Shown here: positions 25,819 through 35,183 of the stretch, piece after piece
How positions within the stretch are numbered: position 1 is the first letter of the stretch
Layout of the letters: every line of letters starts with the position of its first letter
Assembly: GCA_002256685.1 (NCBI GenBank)
Contig: NQJH01000027.1
Location: forward strand, 1 to 39,115
Length of the DNA stretch: 39,115 nt
Source of the DNA: Methylococcaceae bacterium NSP1-2
Lineage (GTDB): Bacteria; Pseudomonadota; Gammaproteobacteria; Methylococcales; Methylomonadaceae
Direction: 5' to 3'
Made by a program: the position numbers and the translations under genes
The notes under the pieces: generated by a model
Seen by the model: only the letters and a program-made list of their open reading frames with translations
Told to the model about the DNA's origin: nothing
The model's database searches: none

Positions 25819-27132
25819 CTATTTATTTGTAATGGATTGATTTTTATGGGGATTGGCGTTAAACCAGCGACATAGATTACGGCCTGCATCTTTGGCTTCA
25901 TACAAGGCAGTATCCGCATGACTTAATACCGCATCACCGTCCCTGTCGTCAGCTGATAATGCGGCGGCACCAATACTGATAGTGATGCGTACCGCCCCTT
26001 TTTCATGGGGAATAAAGGTTTCGGCAACCTGTTGGCGCAACCGTTCAGCCATCGCCATTGCATCGATTTGAGTCGCACCGGGTAATAAAATGGCAAATTC
26101 TTCACCCCCTAAACGGGCGGGTAGATCAATAGTCCGCGAAGCTTGTCGTATAATTTGGGCGAATTGTTGTAACACCTTGTCACCGGTCGAATGACCGTAA
26201 GTATCGTTAACGCGTTTGAAATAATCCAAATCTATCATTAACAAGGCGGCTGACAAGCTCTCAAAGCGTGCTAATCGGGCGATTTCTTGTGCCACACATT
26301 CTAAAAATACCCGCCGATTATATAATTCCGTCAGGGGATCGGTATTAGCCAATTTTTGTAACTGTTCTTCTAGTCGTTTGCGTTCACTAATATCTTCTTT
26401 GATACCAACAAAATGGGTGATTTCACCTGTTTTATCCTTGACGGGTGCAATGCTCAGTTCTTCATAGTATAGATTACCATTTTTACGTTTGTTGATGAGT
26501 TCGCCACGCCAGTTTTTGCCTTGTAAAATGGTCGTCCACAGGTCTCGATAAAAGGATTTATCTTGTAATTCAGAGTTTATCAAGCTTTTTGGATTATGCC
26601 CTATCGCTTCCTCGCTACTGTAACCCGTTAGCCGCGTAAATGCGGAATTAGCCCATTTGATAATCGCGGATTTATCAGTAATAACGATAGCGTTAGCGGC
26701 AGCTTCTAAGGCGGCAACTAATAAGTTATTACGCGCTTCCATTTCGGCTCGAAACAAAGCATAACGTATCGCTCTTGCCAAACCATCGTAACCAAAATTG
26801 CCTTTAACGACATAATCCGCCGCACCCGCTTCCAGCGCTTTTAGGGAAAAATCAGTGTCACCGCGTCCTGTCAATACCACAATGGGCGTTTCTCCAACCA
26901 GTAGACGGGCTTTGCAAATAGTGGCTAAACCCTCTGAATCGGGTAGCGACAAATCCAGTAGTAACACATCAAAGTCTGATGCTTGTAAACAGGGCTGAAT
27001 TTCACCCAGCGATTCAACCCAAGTAACAGTAAAATGTTCCCCTCGTGTTTGGCGCAAATCTATTTTTACTAACTGTGCATCACCCGCTTCATCTTCCACC
27101 AGTAACACGCGAATCGGCGTATTAGCACTCAT
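25819..27132 (-). CDS. Response regulator with REC-PAS-GGDEF architecture (diguanylate cyclase)
   Basis: 437 aa. The receiver has VLLVEDEAGD, LLLDLSLPD and a later K. The PAS region is AIVITDKSAIIKWANSAFTRLTGYS...WRGELINKRKNGNLYYEE. The GGDEF domain has an RTID I-site five residues before an intact GGEEF. Confidence 0.93.
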   Translation of the reverse strand: MSANTPIRVLLVEDEAGDAQLVKIDLRQTRGEHFTVTWVESLGEIQPCLQASDFDVLLLDLSLPDSEGLATICKARLLVGETPIVVLTGRGDTDFSLKALEAGAADYVVKGNFGYDGLARAIRYALFRAEMEARNNLLVAALEAAANAIVITDKSAIIKWANSAFTRLTGYSSEEAIGHNPKSLINSELQDKSFYRDLWTTILQGKNWRGELINKRKNGNLYYEELSIAPVKDKTGEITHFVGIKEDISERKRLEEQLQKLANTDPLTELYNRRVFLECVAQEIARLARFESLSAALLMIDLDYFKRVNDTYGHSTGDKVLQQFAQIIRQASRTIDLPARLGGEEFAILLPGATQIDAMAMAERLRQQVAETFIPHEKGAVRITISIGAAALSADDRDGDAVLSHADTALYEAKDAGRNLCRWFNANPHKNQSITNK

Positions 27133-27574
27133 ATTTATACCTGCGTGGTAAGCGCACTACCGTCATCCAATATTCACTGATTTTATTGATAACCGCTATA
27201 AACTGCTCTATGCTTACCGGCTTGGTGATATAACTGGCGGCTCCTAATTGATAAGACGATATCACGTCACTTTCAACGTCAGAGGTTGATAATACGAGGA
27301 CGGGAATACCTTTAAATCGTTCATCGCTCTTAATAGCGGCTAAGAATTCATAGCCATTCATACGCGGCATATTCAAATCCAGCAAAATTAAATCTGGACG
27401 CGGTACATTGCTATAGTTGTCTCTTTGTTGCAAAAAACCTAAGCCCTCATAGCCGTCAACAACATGATGTAAACGAGCGAGTATTTTATTTTCTTTTAGG
27501 GCTATTTTTACCAAATACGCATCAGCCACTTCGTCTTCTAATAGCAAAATTTCAATAGTATGCAGGGGGTTCAT
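27122..27574 (-). CDS. Single-domain CheY-like response regulator
   Basis: 150 aa with ILLLEDEVADAYL, phospho-acceptor context LILLDLNMPRMNG, VLVLSTS and YITKP. No output domain. Its 3' end overlaps the next gene by 11 nt. Confidence 0.93.
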   Translation of the reverse strand: MNPLHTIEILLLEDEVADAYLVKIALKENKILARLHHVVDGYEGLGFLQQRDNYSNVPRPDLILLDLNMPRMNGYEFLAAIKSDERFKGIPVLVLSTSDVESDVISSYQLGAASYITKPVSIEQFIAVINKISEYWMTVVRLPRRYKYEC

Positions 27575-27619
27575 AACTTTTCAATCTCTTTGCAGGTTAG
27601 TATTTATCGCGTACTTGAA

Positions 27620-29197
27620 TTATGCGGGTAAATCAAACAACACCGTCGTGCCACCATTGGGGGTTTCATCCAAACTCACTGAGCCACCACAACTGTTAAC
27701 AATACGCTGGACAATTGCCAAACCGATACCGGTGGACTCTGGATTACTATTGACTTGCAAACGTTCAAACACCAAAAAAACCCGTTCACGACAGTCAGCG
27801 GGAATACCGATACCATTATCAACAATGCGATAATAAACGCGCCCTGCCCTCGCTTCACCACTAATCTGTATGTATGGTATGCGGTCTGGATGCCAGTAAT
27901 GCAAAGCATTATCCAGTAAAATATTAAAAATGTCATATAAGCGTGGTGGGTCAATATGAGCGGGCGGAAGATTCGTATAGGCTACGCGGGCATTGGTTTC
28001 ACGAATCAATTGCCCATGATGTTTTAACACTTTATCGATCATCTTCATCGCTGAAACACTTTTTACCATAGTAAGTGGTGTGATAGCGGCAAGATAGAGT
28101 TGAATATCACGCACTAATGCACGTTGCCGCAACGCACTTTGTTCAATAAAATCAAGTGATCTCATAATGTCTTCGTTTAAAATCGGCACGCCTGTAAGCT
28201 GTGCATGTAAATACTGTACGAAGGTCACTAAACGTCGAGTAGGTTCTTGTAAATGATGGGAGGCGACATGGGTAAATTGTAATAAATCGGCGTGAGCCGC
28301 TTCCAGCGCGGCTTGATTTTCTTTGAGTTTTCGCAGTGTGTGCTTGCGTTCAACACTGCGTCGATAAAAACTAAAACCCATGACGATTAGAAAAAACCCG
28401 ACAATAGGTTCAAGGTAGTAAAGCAGTTGCGGTAATAATGCTTTTTCTTCATAAATACCAAACCATTTTTCATACAATTTATCATAAACGCCACTGACTT
28501 TAGTTAATGCCAAACCCTCATTAATTTTAGCCAGTAATTCTGCATTACCCTTACGCACGGCAAACGAAAATTTCTGCGCAAAACCTACTTTAATAGGCAA
28601 TGCTTCAATGTTGCTAAGACCTAATTTTTCCAGCGTTTGCTTGCCGGTCAATTTACTCAGTAGTAGCGCGTCGTACTGATTTGATGCCAGTAATTGAAAA
28701 CCCTCTTCGGCGGTGTTTACCAGCACCAACTGTTTTCCCCAACCTTTTGATAGCGCGTAATCGTGGGCTAAATCAGCATTCAACACAATAATGCTTTTAG
28801 CGTTTAAATCGGCTTCAGTATGAATCGTGTTTTCACCTTTATGAACGAAAATAGCTCCATTAACAATAACATGCGGCACGGTGAAATCGGCAAACTGACG
28901 GCGTTCATCGGATTGTGCCAAATTAATCAGCACATCACAATTCCCGTTTTTAAATTCTTGCAAAACGCCATGAAAAGGCAATACTCGAATGGTCGAGTTC
29001 AGGTGAGCTTCCTCCGCCACCTTGCGCCATAATTCAACCGTGAAACCATCGGCAGTGGCATCCGTTAAGCCTAAAGCAAACGGCGGATAATTTTGTTCAC
29101 TACAAACTATCAATGGCTTATCATCGCCATGACTTAATGGGCTGAAAACCAGTAGCAGTAGCCCGTAGGTAGCGAAGCGCAATGCGATATTACTCAT
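27620..29197 (-). CDS. Sensor histidine kinase with a periplasmic solute-binding (SBP family 3-like) domain
   Basis: The likely start is MSNIALRFATYGLLLLVF at 29197, in an ATGA overlap with the upstream stop; the ORF is open to 29245. About 250 aa of periplasmic domain are followed by one TM helix (IVGFFLIVMGFSF). The H-box is FTHVASHHLQEPTRRL. The N box LLDNALHYW, G1 DNGIGIP and G2 GTGIGLAIV are present. Confidence 0.9.
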   Translation of the reverse strand: MSNIALRFATYGLLLLVFSPLSHGDDKPLIVCSEQNYPPFALGLTDATADGFTVELWRKVAEEAHLNSTIRVLPFHGVLQEFKNGNCDVLINLAQSDERRQFADFTVPHVIVNGAIFVHKGENTIHTEADLNAKSIIVLNADLAHDYALSKGWGKQLVLVNTAEEGFQLLASNQYDALLLSKLTGKQTLEKLGLSNIEALPIKVGFAQKFSFAVRKGNAELLAKINEGLALTKVSGVYDKLYEKWFGIYEEKALLPQLLYYLEPIVGFFLIVMGFSFYRRSVERKHTLRKLKENQAALEAAHADLLQFTHVASHHLQEPTRRLVTFVQYLHAQLTGVPILNEDIMRSLDFIEQSALRQRALVRDIQLYLAAITPLTMVKSVSAMKMIDKVLKHHGQLIRETNARVAYTNLPPAHIDPPRLYDIFNILLDNALHYWHPDRIPYIQISGEARAGRVYYRIVDNGIGIPADCRERVFLVFERLQVNSNPESTGIGLAIVQRIVNSCGGSVSLDETPNGGTTVLFDLPA

Positions 29198-31560
29198 GAC
29201 GTTAACTCTATGCTGGTAGGCTGTGAAAGGGGTAACTCGAACCAAAATACACTGCCCAGCCCTTCACCCGCTGATTCGACACCAATGTTGCCGCCGTAAT
29301 ATTCAACAATTTTTCGGCATAAAGCCAATCCTACCCCCGTACCTTCAAAACGACTACGCGCCTGTAAGCGTGAAAAAACTTTAAACAACTGGTCGATCTG
29401 CTTATTATCAATACCGATACCACTATCACGCACACAGACTTTGAAACTGTTTGCAGTGGTCAATGCACATACTTCTACGCAGGGCGGCGCATTTTCTTCG
29501 TGATATTTAAGGGCGTTACCGATTAAATTTTGTAACAAGCGCGTTAATTCATCGGGATTAATCATGACTTCAGACCAATCGCCATATATCGCTATACTAC
29601 CGCCACTCGCTTTTCGTTCAGGCTCAAGAAACGCCAACGCTTCATTCAACGCAGTACGACTGGAAACGAGCGTAATAGCGGCAGTTCTATGCCCTACTCG
29701 TGAATAATCCAGCAACGATAAAATCATGGCATCCATGCGTTTCGCGCCTTCAATGGCAAAATTTAAAAATTGTTGCTGTTCTTCATCGAGTTGCTGGGCT
29801 AGCGAGGTCTCAATCAGCGTTAAATAACTGGTGACCATGCGTAACGGTTGGCGCATATCATGAGAAATAGCGTAAGCAAATTGCTCCAAATCGGCGTTAG
29901 AACGTTTGAGTTCCGCTTCCATTAGCTTACGCTCGGTGATGTCTTGTACGATGCCAATAAAACGAGTCGGTGTGCCATCGACCGCAAATTCAGCACGACC
30001 CACTGACCGCATCCAACGGTGTTGTCCATGAGTAGAGAAAATTCGATACTCTATGTCATATTTTTCCCCCTGACTCAAATGTGCTTGATGCGCCTCCAGC
30101 AGTATTTGCCTATCATCGGGATGGATGACGGCTAAAAAAGCTTCCCACGTTGGATGAGTTTTATAAGGCAGTCCCGCTAATTGGAAAGTCGTTGGTGACC
30201 AAATTTGTTGATTATTACTTAAATCATGTTCCCACGAACCAATACCGCCGTATTCTTGACTGAGATTAAGGCGTTCTTCGTTCTCTCGTAGTTGCAGCTC
30301 AGCCAGTTTGCGTTTAGTAATATCCAGCCATAGCACAATAAAATGAGGTTGATCGCCAGTGCCCTGCTTGGAGGCAACCGACAGTTCAATCCATAAATCG
30401 CCTTGTGGATGGGAGAGAAGAAACTGTTTACCATGCGAATACGCTTTATTTTTAGCTTCGTGTAGTGCCGATAAAGTCACTTGAGTCGCCTCTTGTGATA
30501 GAAAATCGGCGACATTTTTACCGATAAGCGGCTCGGTAGGATTATCTAATAAGTCACTACGCGCGGTGTAAATATCATAACAATGCCCATTCAATCCTAG
30601 CTCAAACAATAAGTCAGGAATGGCATTCAACGTGGCTTGCAGTTGATTGCGCGTGGCAATCATTTCGTTTTCTACACGCTTACGTTCATCAATATTCTCT
30701 AGTGTGGCGATAATATAATTGGGTGTTCCATCCGTATGATGAATCAGTCTGACCGATAAGCTGCCCCACAGACGGCGATTATCTTTACGCACATATTGCT
30801 TTACCACACTGAAACTTAGAATACCCCCCGATAATAATTGTCGTATGTACCTAAAATGAAAACCACGATCTTGCCCTTGAATCAAGTGGGTGAAGGTCAT
30901 ATTTAACAGTTCATTCTGATCGTAACCTAACATATTGCAGCAAGTACGATTGACCGCTAAAAATCGTCCTTTTAAAGACAGCGTTGCCACACCGATAGGC
31001 GCGTGTTCAAAGGTATTACGAAAATTGGCTTCACTTTTTTGGAGGCGTTGTTCTGCTTCTTTGCGGCGCGTAATGTCGTTAAAGGAACAAATCACTTGTA
31101 ACACTGAACCATCGTCGTCTAATTGCGGTGTTGCGGTGACCAGCAACCACACCCGATCATTGTTAATAGGGCGAAACACACTCATGACTACATTCTGTAC
31201 GGATAGGCGGGTAGCAATAGCTTGCGGCACGGGTAGCGTATCATTCAGAAAAGGCGAGCCATTTTCATGAAGAATATCCCAGCAGGGATCAAATGAAGTT
31301 TTGCCTAATAGTTGCGCTCCCGTAAGTCCCAGTAATTCTAAGGCGTAGGGATTGTGTAGGACAATTTTGGTTTGCGCATCTTGTAAGATAATACCTACCC
31401 GTAGATTCTCTATCAGCGTTTGAAACTGCGCTTCACTTTTTTTGAGGCGTTGTTCGCTAGGCGCACAAAAAACGCGCGGCATCATTCGCCACATTAACAC
31501 GACTATCGTACTAATAAGTGCCGTAAAGACTACCGCTAAAAAACCAATGGAGATTAGCAC
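29194..31560 (-). CDS. Multi-PAS sensor histidine kinase (N-terminal TM helix, four PAS domains, HisKA, HATPase)
   Basis: 788 aa with a GTG start. Four PAS-like repeats each end in the ...DIT(E/R/K)RK... linker. The H-box is FAYAISHDMRQPLRMV. The ATPase motifs NLIGNALKY, DSGIGI and GTGVGLALC are present. Confidence 0.93.
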   Translation of the reverse strand: MLISIGFLAVVFTALISTIVVLMWRMMPRVFCAPSEQRLKKSEAQFQTLIENLRVGIILQDAQTKIVLHNPYALELLGLTGAQLLGKTSFDPCWDILHENGSPFLNDTLPVPQAIATRLSVQNVVMSVFRPINNDRVWLLVTATPQLDDDGSVLQVICSFNDITRRKEAEQRLQKSEANFRNTFEHAPIGVATLSLKGRFLAVNRTCCNMLGYDQNELLNMTFTHLIQGQDRGFHFRYIRQLLSGGILSFSVVKQYVRKDNRRLWGSLSVRLIHHTDGTPNYIIATLENIDERKRVENEMIATRNQLQATLNAIPDLLFELGLNGHCYDIYTARSDLLDNPTEPLIGKNVADFLSQEATQVTLSALHEAKNKAYSHGKQFLLSHPQGDLWIELSVASKQGTGDQPHFIVLWLDITKRKLAELQLRENEERLNLSQEYGGIGSWEHDLSNNQQIWSPTTFQLAGLPYKTHPTWEAFLAVIHPDDRQILLEAHQAHLSQGEKYDIEYRIFSTHGQHRWMRSVGRAEFAVDGTPTRFIGIVQDITERKLMEAELKRSNADLEQFAYAISHDMRQPLRMVTSYLTLIETSLAQQLDEEQQQFLNFAIEGAKRMDAMILSLLDYSRVGHRTAAITLVSSRTALNEALAFLEPERKASGGSIAIYGDWSEVMINPDELTRLLQNLIGNALKYHEENAPPCVEVCALTTANSFKVCVRDSGIGIDNKQIDQLFKVFSRLQARSRFEGTGVGLALCRKIVEYYGGNIGVESAGEGLGSVFWFELPLSQPTSIELTS

Positions 31561-31585
31561 GAAAAAAGCAACGTTTTGTGCATGA

Positions 31586-32092
31586 CTAAGAGGCTTTGTA
31601 ATTCCAGATTTGTAAAATACTTAAGGTTGCCAACATTAAGAACGCCACCAATGTCCACGCGGGCATACTAAAACCGAATAGTGTCCAATCGACTTTAGCG
31701 CAATCGCCTGTGCCGCTAAGCATCAGTTTAAGGGTGTCGAATAACGGAAAGTTCTGCAACATATACTCTAAGCCGGGCCCGCATTCGGGGACTTCTTCAG
31801 GTGGTAAATGTTGCAACCAAACATGGCGCGTGGAAATAGACGCACCCATTAAGGCGGTGATTGCCCCTGCAATCGCATAACGGGTGGTGCCTTTTTGCTG
31901 GGGATTATGAAGTGCCGCGATTAAAAACACGATGCCTGTCGCTAAAATCCCCAGCCGTTGAGAAATACACAACGGGCAAGGATTTAACTTCTGTACAAAT
32001 TGAAAATACGCACCCATTGCCAACAGAAACACACAGCCTAGAAAGCCTAAAAAAAACCAAATTCTTGAATTAAATCGTATCAATTCCAACAT
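31586..32092 (-). CDS. dsbB: Disulfide bond formation protein B
   Basis: 168 aa with four hydrophobic helices. The first redox pair is NPCPLCISQR and the second periplasmic loop has Cys residues (PECGPG ... GDCAKVDW), as in E. coli DsbB. Confidence 0.9.
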   Translation of the reverse strand: MLELIRFNSRIWFFLGFLGCVFLLAMGAYFQFVQKLNPCPLCISQRLGILATGIVFLIAALHNPQQKGTTRYAIAGAITALMGASISTRHVWLQHLPPEEVPECGPGLEYMLQNFPLFDTLKLMLSGTGDCAKVDWTLFGFSMPAWTLVAFLMLATLSILQIWNYKAS

Positions 32093-32758
32093 ATATAACC
32101 ACCATTAACTGCTTCTTTAAAATGTTTAATTTCATTAGCGGGACCCAATACCACTAAAACATCTCCTGCGTTCAGAGTATGTTTTTTTTCACTAATAGCA
32201 AAATGCAATGCGTCGCCTAGTTCTCTATCGACAATACCAATAAGGATTAAATTGTATTTTTCTGCCAATTTTAAGTCACTGCTTTTAGAGTCTTCAAGGT
32301 AAGAGCCTTTGGGAATTTCTATTTGTGCAATATTCAAATCATGTTGCCCAAACACCGTATTATCCAGCACATTGGTGACATCGGGCTTAGTGAGCATATT
32401 ATGAGTACGTCTGGCACAAATTTCATAGGGATCAATAATTTTATTCGCCCCTGCCGCGAGTAATTTTTCTGCCGATTCGGGGTCATCAACAATGGCAATA
32501 ATGTTGAGTTTTTTATCAATAGCACGCGCTGAAATGGTTAAAAACACATTGTCCGAATCAGTGGGATAAAAACAAAAAATAATATCCATACTAGAGCCAA
32601 TGCCAATCGCTTTGAGTTCCTCATCATTGCGAAAATCGATAATCATCGTTTGAAAACCTTTCTCGGCGATTAATTCAGCCTCCGCCTCGTCTTCGCTGAT
32701 AAATAACACGCTCTTCCAAAGACATCACGCTGTAACCAAATACCGCAATACGTTTCAT
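32080..32758 (-). pseudogene. Soluble RCK/TrkA-like protein (TrkA-N plus TrkA-C), frame-broken as assembled near its 5' end
   Basis: The ATG at 32758 is in an ATGA overlap with the channel stop and gives MKRIAVFGYSVMSLEE, then stops out of frame at about 32675. The 209-aa ORF (32709..32080) continues VLFISEDEAEAELIAEKGFQTMIIDFRNDEELKAIGI...ARAIDKKLNIIAIVDDPESAEKLLAAGANKIIDP, followed by a TrkA-C-like end. The locus is 679 nt, which is not a multiple of 3. Confidence 0.75.
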
Positions 32759-34359
32759 AATTTTACCCTGCGTCTGGGCGTACTACTTTCAATTTGATGA
32801 CGAAAATAATTGATACTGACTTCTTTACCTAATAACACCAACAGATCATTCGCCTGTAATTCAAAGTATTTTGCAGGATTAAAATAAAAATGCTGATCTT
32901 TTATCGGATAACGGTTTTTATGATTACGATGCAATGCGTGGGTACTGATAATGCCGACTAGCATCAGTTTTCGTTGTTCAAAATCAATATCGGCAAGGCG
33001 TGTACCATCAATAAAACACCCCGCATTTACACACAAGGCTTCCATGATAAAGTTTTTCTCTTCATTAATAATACCCAAAATCGCTTCAAACGCGACAGGC
33101 TGACCAATATATTCAGCAACCACTAGCCCCGCTATTTCAAACGGCTGTAGCACGTCATTTGCCCCTGCTTGATACAGTTTTTTGATATTTTCTTGATGAT
33201 TGGCGCGGGAAATAATCCGAATCGTCGGATTTAAATGCCGACTGGTTAAGGTGATATACACATTAATCACATCACTGCCGGTGGTACATAATACCGCAGT
33301 GGCTTTATTATTAATTCCCGCGCTTTTTAATATTTTATTTCGACTAGCATCGGCATGAATCGCCAGATAACCGCGCCGCTTGGCTTTTAAAATACGTTCT
33401 TCATTGTTATCAATAATCACAAAATGTTGCTTATCTTTTTCCAACTGAGTAGCGATATGCTGCCCTACGCGCCCAAAACCACAAATAATCACAAAATTTG
33501 AATAGCGATTAAGTTCGGTATGGGTTTTTTGATCGCGTAATTCTTGGACTTTCTCGCTCAATGCCGCAACGATAATAGAGGTAAAAAAAGCCAATACGCC
33601 TATACCAGAAAAAATCATTGCTATTGCTACTAAGCGACCACCGCCCGTTTTTGGTGATATGTCACCAAAACCGACCGTTGCAACAGTAACGATTGTGAAA
33701 TAAAGCGCGTCGAATAAGTCACCAATTTGTTTGCCGTTATCGCGGTGTTCTAGTAAATAAATACTGATAGTGCCGATAAAAATTAAAAAACCTAGAAAAA
33801 TAAGCAGTGTATACAGTTCAAAGCGTTTGCTGGCTAATACATCGGCGAATAATTTAATGTTGTTAAAGTAGCGAAATAATTTTAATAGCCGAAAAATCAA
33901 GAAGATACGCAGGATTTGCAACGGTCTATAGATGGAAATAATCGCCAGTAAATCAATTAACGCTAACGGCGTGAGCATATACGCCAATTTTTGCCTAAAA
34001 ACCAGCCACAAGCCTTCCCTGAGTCGAAAGGGAATCGTTAAATAGCGCGTCTTTTCGTAATAATCGAGAAAAATTTTGTGGCTATCATTACATAACCAAA
34101 CACGCAGCAGGTATTCCCAGACAAACAGCGCGATGATGCCACGCTCAAACCATATATCTACTTCATTTAATTCACTATTTACTTCATAAATCAACAAGAA
34201 TACACTAGTCATGACTAGGCAAATCATGAACATATCAAAATAAGACTTAAACGGACTGTCTGAATTTTCCAGTAAATCGTAGAAAAACTGCTTCATGCGT
34301 CGATACCGCAGTGATCTTTTTAGGATGTAAGCAAAATAGATAAACAGTCGAGTCAACAT
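32755..34359 (-). CDS. Voltage-sensor-type 6TM potassium channel with a C-terminal RCK (TrkA-N/TrkA-C) domain
   Basis: 534 aa. The S4-like helix is LQILRIFLIFRLLKLFRY and the selectivity filter is TVATVGFGD. The Rossmann motif is VIICGFGRVGQHIA, followed by a TrkA-C-like end. Confidence 0.9.
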   Translation of the reverse strand: MLTRLFIYFAYILKRSLRYRRMKQFFYDLLENSDSPFKSYFDMFMICLVMTSVFLLIYEVNSELNEVDIWFERGIIALFVWEYLLRVWLCNDSHKIFLDYYEKTRYLTIPFRLREGLWLVFRQKLAYMLTPLALIDLLAIISIYRPLQILRIFLIFRLLKLFRYFNNIKLFADVLASKRFELYTLLIFLGFLIFIGTISIYLLEHRDNGKQIGDLFDALYFTIVTVATVGFGDISPKTGGGRLVAIAMIFSGIGVLAFFTSIIVAALSEKVQELRDQKTHTELNRYSNFVIICGFGRVGQHIATQLEKDKQHFVIIDNNEERILKAKRRGYLAIHADASRNKILKSAGINNKATAVLCTTGSDVINVYITLTSRHLNPTIRIISRANHQENIKKLYQAGANDVLQPFEIAGLVVAEYIGQPVAFEAILGIINEEKNFIMEALCVNAGCFIDGTRLADIDFEQRKLMLVGIISTHALHRNHKNRYPIKDQHFYFNPAKYFELQANDLLVLLGKEVSINYFRHQIESSTPRRRVKL

Positions 34360-34549
34360 GGTTTTTTAATAGTTGGCTAAGTTTCCAACAACGGATATGG
34401 AATGGCATTTTAGCTGACGAGACAACACCCTGCTTTATTTAATTGCCTAGCAATGCTAAAGTTATAGCCTATTAAATTACTGGGTATTTATTATTTACTG
34501 GTAGTTTTCTTAGTACGATTTTATTTACTTTTTTATTTCGGAGACACTC

Positions 34550-35131
34550 ATGGCTTTTGAACTTCCTGCTTTACCTTATGCTAAAGACGCATTAGCACCT
34601 TATATTTCCGCTGAAACTTTAGAGTATCATTACGGTAAACATCACCAAACTTACGTCACTAACCTGAACAACTTAGTTCCAGGCACTGAGTTTGAAGGCT
34701 TATCATTAGAAGACATTATTTTGAAATCGTCTGGCGGTATTTTTAACAATGCGGCACAAGTCTGGAATCATACGTTTTACTGGAACAGCTTAACACCTAA
34801 GGGTGCAGGTCAACCTTCTGGCGCGTTAGCCGATGCGATCAATGCAACGTTTGGTTCTTTTGACAAATTTAAAGAAGAATTTACTAAATGTGCAGTGACT
34901 ACATTTGGTTCAGGCTGGGCGTGGTTAGTGAAAAATGCCGATGGCAGTTTGGCATTGGTTAGCACCAGCAACGCAGGTTGCCCATTAACCGCAGGTCAAA
35001 CGCCTTTATTGACGTGTGATGTGTGGGAACACGCGTATTACATTGATTTCCGCAATTCACGTCCAAACTATTTGGAAGCGTTTTGGGTATTGGCGAACTG
35101 GGATTTTGCGGCTAAAAACTACGCTGCGTAA
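34550..35131 (+). CDS. sodB: Iron superoxide dismutase
   Basis: 193 aa reading [36 protein letters not shown]...[11 protein letters not shown]...[20 protein letters not shown] 8 nt upstream. Confidence 0.97.
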   Translation: MAFELPALPYAKDALAPYISAETLEYHYGKHHQTYVTNLNNLVPGTEFEGLSLEDIILKSSGGIFNNAAQVWNHTFYWNSLTPKGAGQPSGALADAINATFGSFDKFKEEFTKCAVTTFGSGWAWLVKNADGSLALVSTSNAGCPLTAGQTPLLTCDVWEHAYYIDFRNSRPNYLEAFWVLANWDFAAKNYAA

Positions 35132-35183
35132 ATTCATTGTAGGTTGGGTTAGGCGATAGCCGTAACCCAACAAACAAAGCTAC

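Noticed and set aside
25818-25919. N-terminal extensions suggested by the longest ORFs (methyltransferase to 25919, SBP-kinase to 29245, rpoB to 15546)
   Set aside because: The extensions overlap the upstream genes or lack similarity. The internal starts give a signal peptide (MKKFLL..., MSNIALRF...) or the conserved N-terminus ([12 protein letters not shown]), with coupling-type junctions.
27676-27954. Same-strand alternative-frame ORFs inside larger genes (27676..27954, 30219..30434, 25923..26105, 32334..32525, 18474..18656)
   Set aside because: Each is nested inside a gene whose own frame has clear domain motifs. None has an RBS or a recognisable motif.
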